The notes under the pieces are model-generated. The model was not told the origin of the DNA, did no database searches, and saw nothing but the letters and a program-made list of their open reading frames with translations. Shown one piece after another: positions 34,599-44,870 of a DNA stretch of 64,000 bases; the stretch's first letter is position 1; each line of letters starts with the position of its first letter. Origin of the DNA: Patescibacteria group bacterium (GTDB taxonomy: Bacteria; Patescibacteriota; Minisyncoccia; Phycocordibacterales; UBA2100). The translations under genes were made by a program, and so were the position numbers. The stretch covers positions 59,585-123,584 of the forward strand of contig JBBTSD010000003.1 of assembly GCA_038064835.1 (NCBI GenBank), written 5' to 3'.

Positions 34599-36098
34599 AT
34601 GATGAACGATTATGCATGTGATGCCTTCTTCGCGGAAATGGGTCGTCTCGCGCTCGAGTTTGACGATGTCATGCTCAAAACCCGCTACAGCGACCATATG
34701 CCGACCGATGTAAGTCTTGAAAGCGCATTCTCGCGCACCGTAAAGCTCAAGATTCCTGTCGTCAGTGCCGCGATGGATACCGTCACAGAATCAAAGATGG
34801 CAATTGCACTTGCAAAGTTGGGTGGCATCGGTGTCATCCATCGCAATCTGTCTCCTGAAGAGCAAGGTCTCCATGTACATAGTGTAAAGCGTCATTTGAA
34901 CGGCCGCATCGAAAAACCGATCACTGTCTGTGAGACCGAAACGATTCAGGAAATCCTAAATCGCCGCAAAGCTATGAAACATTCGTTCCACAGCTTCCCC
35001 GTCATCAACAACTACGGAAAAGTGGTTGGCATTCTCACCAGTAATGATTTTGACTTTTGCGAAAATCCGAACGCGCTCGTGAAAGATGTGATGACTGCCG
35101 GACTGGTCAGCGCGAGTCCCGCAATGACTCTAGCCGATGCACTTACCCACATGCGCACCTACAAGAAAAAGGTGTTGCCGCTGGTTGATTCCGACGGACT
35201 TTTGCATGGCATGTATGTCTTCTCGGATGTGCGTCGAATCATCCATGGCTCGTCGCCGATGTTTAATCTTGATCAAAACGGACGCCTACGAGTCGCCGCG
35301 GCAATCGGAGTCGGTGACGACGCGCGTAAGCGCATGGAGCATTTCCCTGCCGATTTGGACGCCGTTGTTATCGACACGGCCCACGGCGATACGAAGGCCG
35401 CGCTTGAGACACTGAAATTCATCAAGCGGAGCGGTGCAGCCTGCGATGTCATTGTAGGTAATGTGACCGAAGCTGATTCAGCAATGCGACTCATCTACGC
35501 CGGTGCTGATGGAATCAAAGTGGGCCAAGGTCCCGGGTCCATTTGCACCACACGCATCGTTGCCGGTGTGGGCTGTCCTCAGCTCACTGCGGTATACCAA
35601 TGCGCAAAGGCCGCTCGCGCCAGTATGACACCCGTCTGCGCAGATGGTGGCATTGTGACTTCAGGCCACATCCCCAAGGCAATCGGTGCAGGTGCATCAT
35701 GCGTGATGCTCGGTCGGCTTCTTGCCGGTTGTGACGAATCACCGGGAGAAGTGGTCGTTCATCACAACTCCCGCGTCAAGAAATACCGTGGTATGGGATC
35801 ACTTGGCGCCATGCAAGAACGCGGTGGTCGTGAACGCTACGACCAGGGCGACACACCAGCAAACAAATTGGTACCTGAAGGTATCGAAGGCGCCGTCCCC
35901 TATACAGGATCACTCGAGACGGTCTTGCACCAATTACTCGGAGGTCTCCGGGCCGGCATGGGATACACTGGTGCGCGCGATATTTCTGAATTGCAGTATG
36001 TTGCCGACTTCCACCGCATCACGCCCGTGGGTCTTCAAATTTCCCACCCGCATGATGTAATGATGGTTAGTGACGCGCCGAATTACACACGCAGATAA
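34599..36098 (+). CDS. guaB: IMP dehydrogenase.
   Basis: GIGVIHRNLS, CBS pair, and the catalytic loop GQGPGSICTTRIVAGVGCPQ. The start is at ATG 34599 after an AAGGAG RBS. Confidence 0.9.
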   Translation: MMNDYACDAFFAEMGRLALEFDDVMLKTRYSDHMPTDVSLESAFSRTVKLKIPVVSAAMDTVTESKMAIALAKLGGIGVIHRNLSPEEQGLHVHSVKRHLNGRIEKPITVCETETIQEILNRRKAMKHSFHSFPVINNYGKVVGILTSNDFDFCENPNALVKDVMTAGLVSASPAMTLADALTHMRTYKKKVLPLVDSDGLLHGMYVFSDVRRIIHGSSPMFNLDQNGRLRVAAAIGVGDDARKRMEHFPADLDAVVIDTAHGDTKAALETLKFIKRSGAACDVIVGNVTEADSAMRLIYAGADGIKVGQGPGSICTTRIVAGVGCPQLTAVYQCAKAARASMTPVCADGGIVTSGHIPKAIGAGASCVMLGRLLAGCDESPGEVVVHHNSRVKKYRGMGSLGAMQERGGRERYDQGDTPANKLVPEGIEGAVPYTGSLETVLHQLLGGLRAGMGYTGARDISELQYVADFHRITPVGLQISHPHDVMMVSDAPNYTRR

Positions 36099-36100
36099 CA

Positions 36101-36135
36101 GAAGCCGACTGGGTCCCCAGTCGGCTTCTTCTTGC
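36101..36135 (+). terminator. Intrinsic terminator after guaB.
   Basis: gaagccgactgg gtcc ccagtcggcttc followed by ttctt. Confidence 0.7.
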
Positions 36136-36186
36136 CTTGCAGAGAAAATGTGGTGGTGTAAAGTGGACCTAGACAGGAGATCTATT

Positions 36187-36507
36187 ATGTGGCCGATGGA
36201 CGACAAAAAGGCGGTTGCAAGACGGAAAAACGCCATTTCCAAGCTCCAAGAGCAGGTACGCAATGTGCCGTGCAGAGACCCTCGCTTCCGAGCCTTTATA
36301 AAGTTGGCAATGTTCATGCAGGCACACCCCAAGGAAGTCACCTCAATGCTTGACGAATTCGCATATCAAATCGCTCGATCTGACGATGACGACGATCTGA
36401 AGTTCCTCGAGCAATTTTTCCCACAACTCGACGCAACGCGTGAAGCGTCGAATCAGCGGGATCTACTATGGACCGGTGGCGCCCCTGATTACCCAGACGA
36501 GAGGTGA
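36187..36507 (+). CDS. Hypothetical 106-aa acidic protein.
   Basis: GGAG RBS 8 nt upstream of ATG (MWPMDDKKAV...). Confidence 0.35.
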   Translation: MWPMDDKKAVARRKNAISKLQEQVRNVPCRDPRFRAFIKLAMFMQAHPKEVTSMLDEFAYQIARSDDDDDLKFLEQFFPQLDATREASNQRDLLWTGGAPDYPDER

Positions 36508-36545
36508 AGGCGACACACGATGTCGTCTTTTTCTTGTCTATTTTT

Positions 36546-37427
36546 TCACTCTCGCAATTTGTAATATACGCGTGTGCCAAAACGCAGATCAACATACTCG
36601 AGCTTCTGGCGTTGAGTCCGCACTGTTTCAGACGCGAGTGCGATTTTTGCGTACTCAGCAAGCACGAGTGGTGATTGTTCAAAGCGCATAAGAAAGCGAA
36701 TACCGTCCGCGCGTTCAATTTGGTATTCATCTGCGTTTACCATAACAATACGCGTGCTCGGGGCACCAGCTTCAGAAAGAAGGTGTGCAGTTTGAATCAT
36801 AGTTGCGTAGTGAGTCGGTACCACATGTGAGCGAAGTGGGTTTTCTGTGGCAATAGGTATACCGGAAATTTCAAGACTCCCCTCCAAAGAAACTTCGTCC
36901 CCGCGCGCAAAAATATAACCACCATCATCTACGGCATAGCAAGGCCCTTGCATGCACACATGAGCAACGGGGGAACGCTCCTCGATTTTCACCGTAATCG
37001 CTCGCTCGCTCAGTGAGGCTATACGCACATTCACCGCGCGAATGCGTGGAAAATCTGCAACCAGACGCGCGCGTATAGCTGAGGTCGAGTAAAAAGCGAT
37101 GCTTGATGGTGATAATGGTTGAAAGCCGGAACCGCCAAGCGCCTGCTGTGTAGCTCTTTCTAGTAGACCTGCATCCAGAGTACTATTTCCCTCTATGCGA
37201 ATCTGAGTAACGCGCATTTCTTCTTGATACGAATACCAGCTAATCCACACAAAGAGCGCAAGGCCAATGCAAGCACCGACGGAAAACGATACAGATCGAA
37301 CGCGCCGTTTCCGCTTCCCCAGTCGCTCATCAGGTAAGCCGCGGCCACGCGAGGTATCACCTGTCCACGCGGATGGATCGCGTCGAGAATGCACCCGCAC
37401 TGGATTGTTAGCCTTTTTTGATGACAT
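36546..37427 (-). CDS. FtsQ/DivIB-like cell-division protein (TM plus POTRA-like domain).
   Basis: TM segment VGACIGLALFVWISW followed by a beta-rich POTRA-like region. The start is uncertain. Confidence 0.5.
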   Translation of the reverse strand: MSSKKANNPVRVHSRRDPSAWTGDTSRGRGLPDERLGKRKRRVRSVSFSVGACIGLALFVWISWYSYQEEMRVTQIRIEGNSTLDAGLLERATQQALGGSGFQPLSPSSIAFYSTSAIRARLVADFPRIRAVNVRIASLSERAITVKIEERSPVAHVCMQGPCYAVDDGGYIFARGDEVSLEGSLEISGIPIATENPLRSHVVPTHYATMIQTAHLLSEAGAPSTRIVMVNADEYQIERADGIRFLMRFEQSPLVLAEYAKIALASETVRTQRQKLEYVDLRFGTRVYYKLRE

Positions 37428-38676
37428 CTTTGCCCATATAAGGCCGGAGGACTTCCGGAATGGTAATCGAGCCATCGGCGTTCTGGAAATTTTCTATAAG
37501 AGATACGAGAATGCGCGGTGTCGGTGCGGCAGTACTGTTGAGTGAGTGTACGAAGCGCATTTTTCCATCTTTGTCTTTGTAGCGAGTATTGAGGCGACGG
37601 GTTTGAAAATCGTGGAAATATGATGCTGAACTGATCTCGCGATACTTTTCCTCACCAGGTACCCACAATTCGATATCGAATTTCTTTACTTGCCCCAATC
37701 CCAGGTCGCCACCACAATTTGCGACTGTGTGATAGGGGATATTCATGCTCTCGATAAACTCTTCGGTGTTGCGATTGATCCATTCGTGCCATTTTACGGA
37801 TTCTTCGTGGCTTGCCTCACACAAGATGACTTGCTCCCACTTGTAGAATTCGTGCACGCGGATGAGGCCTTTTACATCTTTGCTGTGCGCACCTGCCTCA
37901 CGCCGGAAACATGGCGAGAATCCGATAAACCTGATCGGGAGTTGCGACGCGTCAATGACTTCGTCCATGTAGTAGCCCATTGTGGCCACCTCTGCGGTGC
38001 CAGCCAAATACTCACCATCTTGTGTCTTGTAAAGATCTTCTTCACCCTGTGGCAGATACCCGCTACCAAAGAAAGATTCTTTGCGAACGAGCGACGGCAC
38101 GATCATCGGAGTAAAATCTTTTTTCAGGAAAAAGTCTTGTGCATATCGCCACAAAGCCCAACTGAGGCGCGCACCGTCGTTCTTGAGAAAATAGCCACGG
38201 AAACCTGATACCTTGGCACCACGATCAAAATCGGCCATATCGTGCAACAACATCAAATCGACATGACTCTTGGGCGTGAAGTCGAACTTTGTTTTTTCGC
38301 CCCATGCCTTTACTTCTTGGTTGTCGGCATCGTCGTCGCCTTCAGGAACTGACATATCAGGAATGTTTGGCACCCGTACCATCAGCGCACGCCAGTCCTC
38401 AAGCACGTGCTTAAGCTCTTCCTCTTCTTTCTTGCCTGCTTCTTTAATCTTTTGCATCGCGATGATGCGCTGCTGACGATCAACTTCGTTGATAGCTCCG
38501 GCTATATCGTTGCTCGCGGCGTTTTGTTCTGCTCGTTTTGCTTCAATGCTGGTCTGCAAGGCTTTTCGTCGGTCGTCAAGGATGATAAGGGCATCAATAT
38601 CGATTTCGAGGTGCTTCTTTTTTGCACCCATGATGATGACATCTTTGTTTTCGCGGATGAATTTTATGTCGAGCAT
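37408..38676 (-). CDS. serS: Seryl-tRNA synthetase.
   Basis: N-terminal coiled coil plus class II aaRS motifs (FRREAG, GLGQVKKFD...). Confidence 0.95.
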   Translation of the reverse strand: MLDIKFIRENKDVIIMGAKKKHLEIDIDALIILDDRRKALQTSIEAKRAEQNAASNDIAGAINEVDRQQRIIAMQKIKEAGKKEEEELKHVLEDWRALMVRVPNIPDMSVPEGDDDADNQEVKAWGEKTKFDFTPKSHVDLMLLHDMADFDRGAKVSGFRGYFLKNDGARLSWALWRYAQDFFLKKDFTPMIVPSLVRKESFFGSGYLPQGEEDLYKTQDGEYLAGTAEVATMGYYMDEVIDASQLPIRFIGFSPCFRREAGAHSKDVKGLIRVHEFYKWEQVILCEASHEESVKWHEWINRNTEEFIESMNIPYHTVANCGGDLGLGQVKKFDIELWVPGEEKYREISSASYFHDFQTRRLNTRYKDKDGKMRFVHSLNSTAAPTPRILVSLIENFQNADGSITIPEVLRPYMGKDVIKKG

Positions 38677-38690
38677 AGTATGATTGTAGC

Positions 38691-39563
38691 GTGGAATATC
38701 CCATCATTCAATTGCAAAGCTCTGGATTCCCTGAGCTTATTTCCGAAATCCCCGAACCACCCACACAGATTTTTGTCCGCGGCACACTTCCAACCACGGA
38801 AAAAATGCTCGCTGTTGTGGGTTCGCGGAAATGCAGTGCGTATGGACGAGCGGCATGCGAAAAAATCATTGCAGGTCTGGCAGGACACTCCGTGACAATT
38901 GTCTCCGGACTTGCGCTCGGTATTGACGCGATTGCCCATCGCGCTGCACTTTTGGCTAACCTCCCCTGCTTGGCAGTACCAGGATCCGGGCTCGAGTGGG
39001 ATGCGCTCTATCCTTCTACAAATCGCTCACTGGCACAGGCAATACTCGCAAAAGGTGGTGCACTACTTTCTGAATTTGATCCATCCCAGCGCGCGGCACA
39101 ATGGACATTCCCAAAAAGGAATCGCGTTATGGTTGGCCTTTCTCATGCAGTACTCTTGATAGAGGCCGAGGAGCGCTCGGGCACGCTTATCACTGCTCGC
39201 CTTGCCGCAGAATATAATCGCGACCTGCTTGGTGTTCCCGGCTCCATTTTTTCCGCAAGCTCAGTGGGTGTACACCAATTTTTGAAACTGGGTGCACGGA
39301 TGGTTACCTCAGCCACAGATGTCTTGGACACGCTCGGCCTCAAGGCAGATGAACAGCAAGCCGAGATGATTGACATGTCTGATCTCACACCTGAAGAGCA
39401 GAGGGTGTTTACTGCCGCGCGCACCGCGACTTCACGCGAGGAATTAGTAGCCGCAAGTGGCCTTTCAGCACACGATGCGTCAATCGCACTTTCTCTCCTT
39501 GAAATCAAGGGGCTCATTCGCGAACGCATGGGGCAGATTGAAATCACGGCGAACGCTGTGTAG
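38691..39563 (+). CDS. dprA: DNA-processing protein DprA/Smf.
   Basis: AVVGSRKCSAYG...IVSGLALGIDAIAHRAAL. Confidence 0.85.
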   Translation: MEYPIIQLQSSGFPELISEIPEPPTQIFVRGTLPTTEKMLAVVGSRKCSAYGRAACEKIIAGLAGHSVTIVSGLALGIDAIAHRAALLANLPCLAVPGSGLEWDALYPSTNRSLAQAILAKGGALLSEFDPSQRAAQWTFPKRNRVMVGLSHAVLLIEAEERSGTLITARLAAEYNRDLLGVPGSIFSASSVGVHQFLKLGARMVTSATDVLDTLGLKADEQQAEMIDMSDLTPEEQRVFTAARTATSREELVAASGLSAHDASIALSLLEIKGLIRERMGQIEITANAV

Positions 39564-39650
39564 TTGCGCTAGAGTGCGAATTCGCTTTTGTAACCCCCTC
39601 ACACCCCGAATAGGGAGCCACTTTGATAACTTTCCTCGCAATGACCGTCC

Positions 39651-39673
39651 ATGAGAAGGTCTGACCTTCTCAT
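39651..39673. repeat. Palindromic element, copy B (perfect 11-1-11 palindrome).
   Basis: atgagaaggtc t gaccttctcat. Confidence 0.65.
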
Positions 39674-39697
39674 TTTTGCAACCCCTCGCCCCAAAAA

Positions 39698-39729
39698 CCC
39701 ATGTGGGACTTACGAAGTCCCACATTTGG
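39698..39729. repeat. Hairpin element, copy B (the same sequence as 899..935 but in the opposite orientation).
   Basis: cccatgtgggacttacgaagtcccacatttgg. Confidence 0.65.
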
Positions 39730-39739
39730 AGTATAGGTA

Positions 39740-39767
39740 TTGACAATCTATACAGACATGTTACATT
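39740..39767 (+). promoter_or_regulatory. Sigma70-like promoter (TTGACA-16-TACATT) about 200 nt upstream of topA.
   Basis: ggtaTTGACAatctatacagacatgtTACATT. Confidence 0.45.
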
Positions 39768-39964
39768 CTCGATCGGCTCGTTGGCGACCTCTCACCCGAT
39801 ATCCCCTACTCGCTGTGACGAAATGAAATTGAAATCTTGCCATCAACACGGGCGACATAGGCCCGCAAGAAATGCCGGCGACTATGTCGCCGGCATCTTT
39901 CTTCTTCAAACACTATTTTAAATGGTATATTTTTGAAACTATGTCATCGTTCGCTGTATAACCT

Positions 39965-42127
39965 ATGAAGCTCGTCATTGTTGAATCACCCTCAAAGGCG
40001 AAGACAATCGAAAAATACCTTGGCAAAGGTTTTTCCGTGCGCGCATCTGTTGGTCACATTCGTGATTTGCCTAAGAGCAACAAGAACGCCATCGATATCG
40101 AAGGTGGTTTTATTCCGCAGTATCAAATTGTAAAAGGTAAGGAGAAAGTTATCGACTCGCTGGCCGAGCTTGCCGAGTCTGCGACCGAAGTTCTTCTCGC
40201 GACCGACCCCGACCGAGAAGGTGAGGCTATTGCATGGCACTTGGCAGAGGCATTGAAGTTGAAAAAGCCGAAACGCATCGTTTTCCACGAAATCACCGAG
40301 CGCGCTATCCAAGAGGCGGTTGCCCACCCCCGAGCAATTGACCAAAAATTGCGTCATGCCCAGGAGGCGCGCCGCGTTCTTGATCGCTTGTTTGGCTATG
40401 ATCTCTCGGGACTGGTGTGGCAAAAAGTACGCTATGGACTTTCAGCCGGCCGTGTACAGTCTCCCGCTCTCCGCATTATCATGGAGCGCGAGCGCGAGAT
40501 TCGAGCCTTCATCCCCGACGATTTTTGGGTAATACGCGCCGAGCTCGACACTGAAAAAAAAGAGCGCATTAGCGCCGAGTGTCTCGAAGAACCAAAGACC
40601 GCACAGGAGGCGGAACGAATTCTTTCAGCCGCCCACACAAAAAACTGGAAAGTTGCTTCCGTGGAAGAAAAAGCACAGCGACGATCCGCTCGCGCACCAT
40701 TTACTACTTCCACTTTGCAGCAGACTGCCAGCACTCGATTTGGATTCACTCCATCACGCACTATGCGCGTGGCGCAAAAGTTGTACGAGGCCGGGCACAT
40801 CACCTACATGCGCACCGACTCGACAACTCTCTCCAATGATGCGATGACCGCCATACTTCATGTGGTGAAGACAGAATATGGCGAGAAGTACGCCGAGATG
40901 CGCCAGTACAAAACCAAGAGCAAATCCGCACAGGAAGCACATGAGGCGATCCGCCCGGCGCACATGCACAAACACAGCGCCGGCGCGAATGATGAACAGA
41001 GAAATCTCTATGAGCTTATTCGCAACCGCACGCTCGCCAGCCAGATGAAGGATGCTGAGATTATGCGTACTACCATTCACGCTGACACTACAGTCGCGCA
41101 AGTGCCACTGTTTGCGGCGCACGGCTCGCGGATTATGTTTGACGGATGGCTAAAAGCCGATCCAGACGCCGCGGGCGAGGATGTGATTTTGCCAAAAATA
41201 CTCGTTGGCGACACTCTGACACTTGTGGAGGCAACCAGTGAAGCAAAGCAGACCCAACCTCCAGGGCGTTACAGCGAAGCTGGATTGGTGAAAGAGCTTG
41301 AAAAGCGAGGTATTGGCCGGCCTTCTACATACGCCAGTATCGTTTCGACCCTCTACGATCGCGGCTATGTCGAACGCGATGGCAAAGCACTTAAACCAAC
41401 CTACACCGGCGATGTAGTGAGCTCTTTTATCGAGGAACATTTTGCCGACTACATCAGCGACTCATTTACATCAGAAATGGAAAACGAGCTTGATGAAATA
41501 GCCGGAGGTGAACGCGAGTACAAAAAGACACTCAAAGATTTCTATACACCATTCACCAAGGCAATCAAAAGCAAAAAGAAAATAGAAAAAATCACCAACA
41601 TGGGCCCTGCGCCCGAAGAATTCCTCTGCCCCACCTGCAATGGTGAGATGGTGTACAAACTTTCAAAAAATGGACGCTTCATGAGCTGTAAGAAGTTTCC
41701 TGAATGCATTGGCGCACGAAAAGAAGACGGCACCCTTATCGAGCCTCCGAAAGGTTTGGGCGAAGCGTGTCCGGAATGCAAAGAAGGAGAGCTCACCGAA
41801 CGCGAAGGGCGGTTCGGTCGCTTCGTCACCTGCTCTCGGTACCCTAAATGCAAATTTGTAAAACGAGATGCTCTTCAAAATACCACGGGTATCAAGTGCG
41901 CCATCTGCAAAGAAGGCGAGATGGTTGAAAGGCGAGGTCGCTTTGGGCCATTCTTTTCGTGCTCACGGTATCCAGACTGCAAAAGCGCCATGAAAGCGAA
42001 ACCGACTGGTGCTATCTGCCCCGAATGTTCCTCCCTCATGATGGAGGGGACCAAAACAATTCCTGAGCGATGCAGTAACAAAGCATGTCCTATGCACAAT
42101 CCTCACAAGATTGAACAAAAGAAATAG
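39965..42127 (+). CDS. topA: DNA topoisomerase I with C-terminal Zn-ribbon repeats.
   Basis: TOPRIM plus the active-site region, and four CxxC...CxxC modules at the C-terminus. Confidence 0.95.
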   Translation: MKLVIVESPSKAKTIEKYLGKGFSVRASVGHIRDLPKSNKNAIDIEGGFIPQYQIVKGKEKVIDSLAELAESATEVLLATDPDREGEAIAWHLAEALKLKKPKRIVFHEITERAIQEAVAHPRAIDQKLRHAQEARRVLDRLFGYDLSGLVWQKVRYGLSAGRVQSPALRIIMEREREIRAFIPDDFWVIRAELDTEKKERISAECLEEPKTAQEAERILSAAHTKNWKVASVEEKAQRRSARAPFTTSTLQQTASTRFGFTPSRTMRVAQKLYEAGHITYMRTDSTTLSNDAMTAILHVVKTEYGEKYAEMRQYKTKSKSAQEAHEAIRPAHMHKHSAGANDEQRNLYELIRNRTLASQMKDAEIMRTTIHADTTVAQVPLFAAHGSRIMFDGWLKADPDAAGEDVILPKILVGDTLTLVEATSEAKQTQPPGRYSEAGLVKELEKRGIGRPSTYASIVSTLYDRGYVERDGKALKPTYTGDVVSSFIEEHFADYISDSFTSEMENELDEIAGGEREYKKTLKDFYTPFTKAIKSKKKIEKITNMGPAPEEFLCPTCNGEMVYKLSKNGRFMSCKKFPECIGARKEDGTLIEPPKGLGEACPECKEGELTEREGRFGRFVTCSRYPKCKFVKRDALQNTTGIKCAICKEGEMVERRGRFGPFFSCSRYPDCKSAMKAKPTGAICPECSSLMMEGTKTIPERCSNKACPMHNPHKIEQKK

Positions 42128-42153
42128 CCCTGCAGAATCGCAGGGCTATTTTT
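42122..42153. terminator. Bidirectional intrinsic terminator.
   Basis: agccctgc agaatc gcagggct with A/T runs on both sides. Confidence 0.7.
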
Positions 42154-42607
42154 AGAAAGTGCCACACATCGACCAGTTGCCGCAACACGGACACTGGCCA
42201 TCTGAGTCACTCTGAAAACCACATCCCGAGGTTGAGCATCTGAAGCGTGACACCTCAGGCTTTTCCGATTCGACAACCATCTTGTGGCTGAGCATGTACT
42301 CTTTGTATAAGTCAGGGCGTTCGCGCCTGAGCTCATCTGCTGACTCGAAGACCATGTCTTCGATCATGATGCACGACATGATGGATATCGGCCTTTCCTT
42401 GCTCGCACGCCGTGTAATCAAAGCGGCTATTGCCGTAGCCGCTGCGGCACCCACACTCATGAATGGCACTGGCGCGGCATGCCGGTTATCGTCAGCGCGA
42501 CGAAACGCCTCCCTAACAACGAATGTCTTTGGTTCGTCGGGATGTGTGCGCCGTACACGAAGCAATTTTGCTCGCGCATACTCGGCCGACTTGAATATGT
42601 CAGTCAT
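42152..42607 (-). CDS. Hypothetical protein with a C-terminal Cys cluster (CSTSGC...CPCCGNWSMC).
   Basis: GAGGG RBS. Convergent with topA, and the two share a terminator. Confidence 0.4.
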   Translation of the reverse strand: MTDIFKSAEYARAKLLRVRRTHPDEPKTFVVREAFRRADDNRHAAPVPFMSVGAAAATAIAALITRRASKERPISIMSCIMIEDMVFESADELRRERPDLYKEYMLSHKMVVESEKPEVSRFRCSTSGCGFQSDSDGQCPCCGNWSMCGTF

Positions 42608-42640
42608 GTTCCCTCGCTTGAACCTATTGCCAATGAGAGT

Positions 42641-44173
42641 ATGATACGCAGTATGCTCAGTGTCAAATCATGTAACGACATCCTCAAGGAGGCGCCCTAC
42701 CTAGATGACGCGGGTCGTGAACTTATAAAGCGCGCGTATCTTTTTGCTGAAAAAGCGCACACAACACATACACGCTACTCGGGCGAACCTTATTTTGTGC
42801 ACCCGGCGCAGGTAGGTTTTTCACTTGCTCATGTGGGTATGGATGCACATACAATAGCCGCCGGGCTATTGCACGACACTATCGAAGACGCCGATGTTAC
42901 CCCAAGCGATATGGCGAAAGAATTTGGGCCTGAGGTTCTCGACCTGGTTGAAGGGGTGACCAAGCTGGGATCCCTTAGATACCAGGGGCTCGAACGACAT
43001 GCCGAAAGCCTGCGGAAATTGTTTGCCGCAACAGCAAAAGACATCCGCGTTCTCATCGTTAAATTAATGGACCGTTTGCATAATGCCCAGACACTGGCTC
43101 ATGTGCCTGAACAAAAACGAAAACGCATTGCGCTCGAGACACTCGATATTTACGCTCCTATAGCCGATCGTCTGGGAATGAGTGTCGTGAAGAGTGAGCT
43201 GGAAGATGCGGCTTTTCCCTATGCACTGCCGGAACAGTACAAACGCGTGCGCGATCTTTTGAAAGAACGAGGCAGTGAGACAGAACAACGCCTTGAGAAA
43301 ACCGAGAAAGGCCTCAAACGCGCCCTCGCGCAGACTGGTATTCGTGACTTTCGCACCGAGTCACGGAAAAAAGGTTTCTATAGCCTCTTTCGAAAGTTGG
43401 AGCGCAAGGAGTGGGATATCACCAAGATCCATGACATCATCGCACTGCGAGTCATCGTGCATACCATCGCCGAATGTTACACCGTGCTGGGTATTGTGCA
43501 TGGCGAGTGGCGCCCCGTGCCTGGAAAGATCAAGGACTACATTGCATTCCCAAAACCAAATGGGTATCAAAGTATTCACACCACCATTTACACCGGAGAC
43601 GGCGGTACACTCGAGATTCAAGTGCGTTCAGAAGCGATGCACCGCGAAGCGCAATTTGGTATTGCCGCACACTTTAGCTATAAAGAGGCTACGGGGCATC
43701 ATGGCAAGGCGGTTGGCAAAGGTATCGACTGGGTACGCCAACTCATGCCAGAAGTGGGTATGGATACTAAAGCTCCAAAAAGCGCACGCGACATGAGTGC
43801 ACCACAATGGGTCAAGGAGCTCGCTGAAGTCCGCGAGATATCATCTGATTCTGAAGAATACCTCGAGGACATCAAAACCGATTTTTTCACCCATCGCGTG
43901 TTTGTCTTTACCCCAAAGGGGGATGTCATCGACCTCCCCATTGCCGCCACACCTATCGACTTTGCTTATGCTATTCACTCAGATATTGGCAACCACATTG
44001 CCGGCGCAAAGGTGAACGCAAAAATGGTGTCACTGGACACTGAACTTCACAACGGCGACATTGTAGAAATCATCACCAAGAAGTCGAGCCGACCTAACAA
44101 AAAATGGCTGGATATGGCAAAAACTACCATGGCGAAAAAGCATATCCGCACTGCACTCATCCAACAACGATGA
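42641..44173 (+). CDS. rel: Short bifunctional (p)ppGpp synthetase/hydrolase (HD, RelA_SpoT and TGS domains).
   Basis: HDTIEDADV (HD), GYQSIHTTI (synthetase), and PKGDVIDLPIAATPIDFAYAIH (TGS). The start is set at MIRSML. Confidence 0.85.
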   Translation: MIRSMLSVKSCNDILKEAPYLDDAGRELIKRAYLFAEKAHTTHTRYSGEPYFVHPAQVGFSLAHVGMDAHTIAAGLLHDTIEDADVTPSDMAKEFGPEVLDLVEGVTKLGSLRYQGLERHAESLRKLFAATAKDIRVLIVKLMDRLHNAQTLAHVPEQKRKRIALETLDIYAPIADRLGMSVVKSELEDAAFPYALPEQYKRVRDLLKERGSETEQRLEKTEKGLKRALAQTGIRDFRTESRKKGFYSLFRKLERKEWDITKIHDIIALRVIVHTIAECYTVLGIVHGEWRPVPGKIKDYIAFPKPNGYQSIHTTIYTGDGGTLEIQVRSEAMHREAQFGIAAHFSYKEATGHHGKAVGKGIDWVRQLMPEVGMDTKAPKSARDMSAPQWVKELAEVREISSDSEEYLEDIKTDFFTHRVFVFTPKGDVIDLPIAATPIDFAYAIHSDIGNHIAGAKVNAKMVSLDTELHNGDIVEIITKKSSRPNKKWLDMAKTTMAKKHIRTALIQQR

Positions 44174-44201
44174 TACGGGACAGTTTCTAATTCCAACGAG
44201 G

Positions 44202-44867
44202 CTATTTAATCTTTTTGAGTGATGGGAGAATTTGGTTTCCAACCATTTCAATTGTCTTTCCAAACGAGTCTAGGTTGTCTGTTGCATCGACAATAATGTA
44301 GGCACCTTCTGATCCGCCGATGATGGGCTCGGGTATTAGATAGACGGCATGCATACCCGTCCACGGCTCCTGACCTTCGGCCTCAATGCGTTTGTGGCTT
44401 GCAAAGACATATACTCCGTTTACCGGCTGATCTTCTTGGATAGTTTCCCCGCTATTTTCCAAATTGGATCGCACCACATTCGCAAATGCATCGAGGCCTA
44501 ATTCGTTGGTTACACGCCACACATACACCCCAGCGAGAACCGGGTCAGAAGGGACAACCGTCTCAGATTCGCTCAAAAAAGCGACGAAGTCGGAGCTTGG
44601 CTCTTCCAAGGCTTGGGTTGTGGTGGCAATCCATCCTTTTGGATACTGCAGCGTGAGCCCTCGTACATCATCAGTAAATGTCTGTGTCTCGCTCACGGCA
44701 ATTACGGTCTCGGGTACCGAATTGTCGGCTTGTATTCCGGATGCCAGACCGTTCCATGAAAGTAAGAAGAAAAATTCTGCAACAATAATACCGATGGTGA
44801 TAAAAATCAGCACCACCCCTACCAAGAACCCTCCTGTATGATTTTCTCGTTGTGGTAGAGGTGACAT
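44202..44867 (-). CDS. Hypothetical membrane-anchored protein.
   Basis: N-terminal TM segment VGVVLIFITIGIIVAEFFFLL. Confidence 0.45.
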   Translation of the reverse strand: MSPLPQRENHTGGFLVGVVLIFITIGIIVAEFFFLLSWNGLASGIQADNSVPETVIAVSETQTFTDDVRGLTLQYPKGWIATTTQALEEPSSDFVAFLSESETVVPSDPVLAGVYVWRVTNELGLDAFANVVRSNLENSGETIQEDQPVNGVYVFASHKRIEAEGQEPWTGMHAVYLIPEPIIGGSEGAYIIVDATDNLDSFGKTIEMVGNQILPSLKKIK

Positions 44868-44870
44868 ATA

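Noticed and set aside
39676-39921. 81-aa ORF in the topA leader.
   Set aside because: There is no RBS. It sits within a structured leader and more likely reflects a noncoding 5' UTR.
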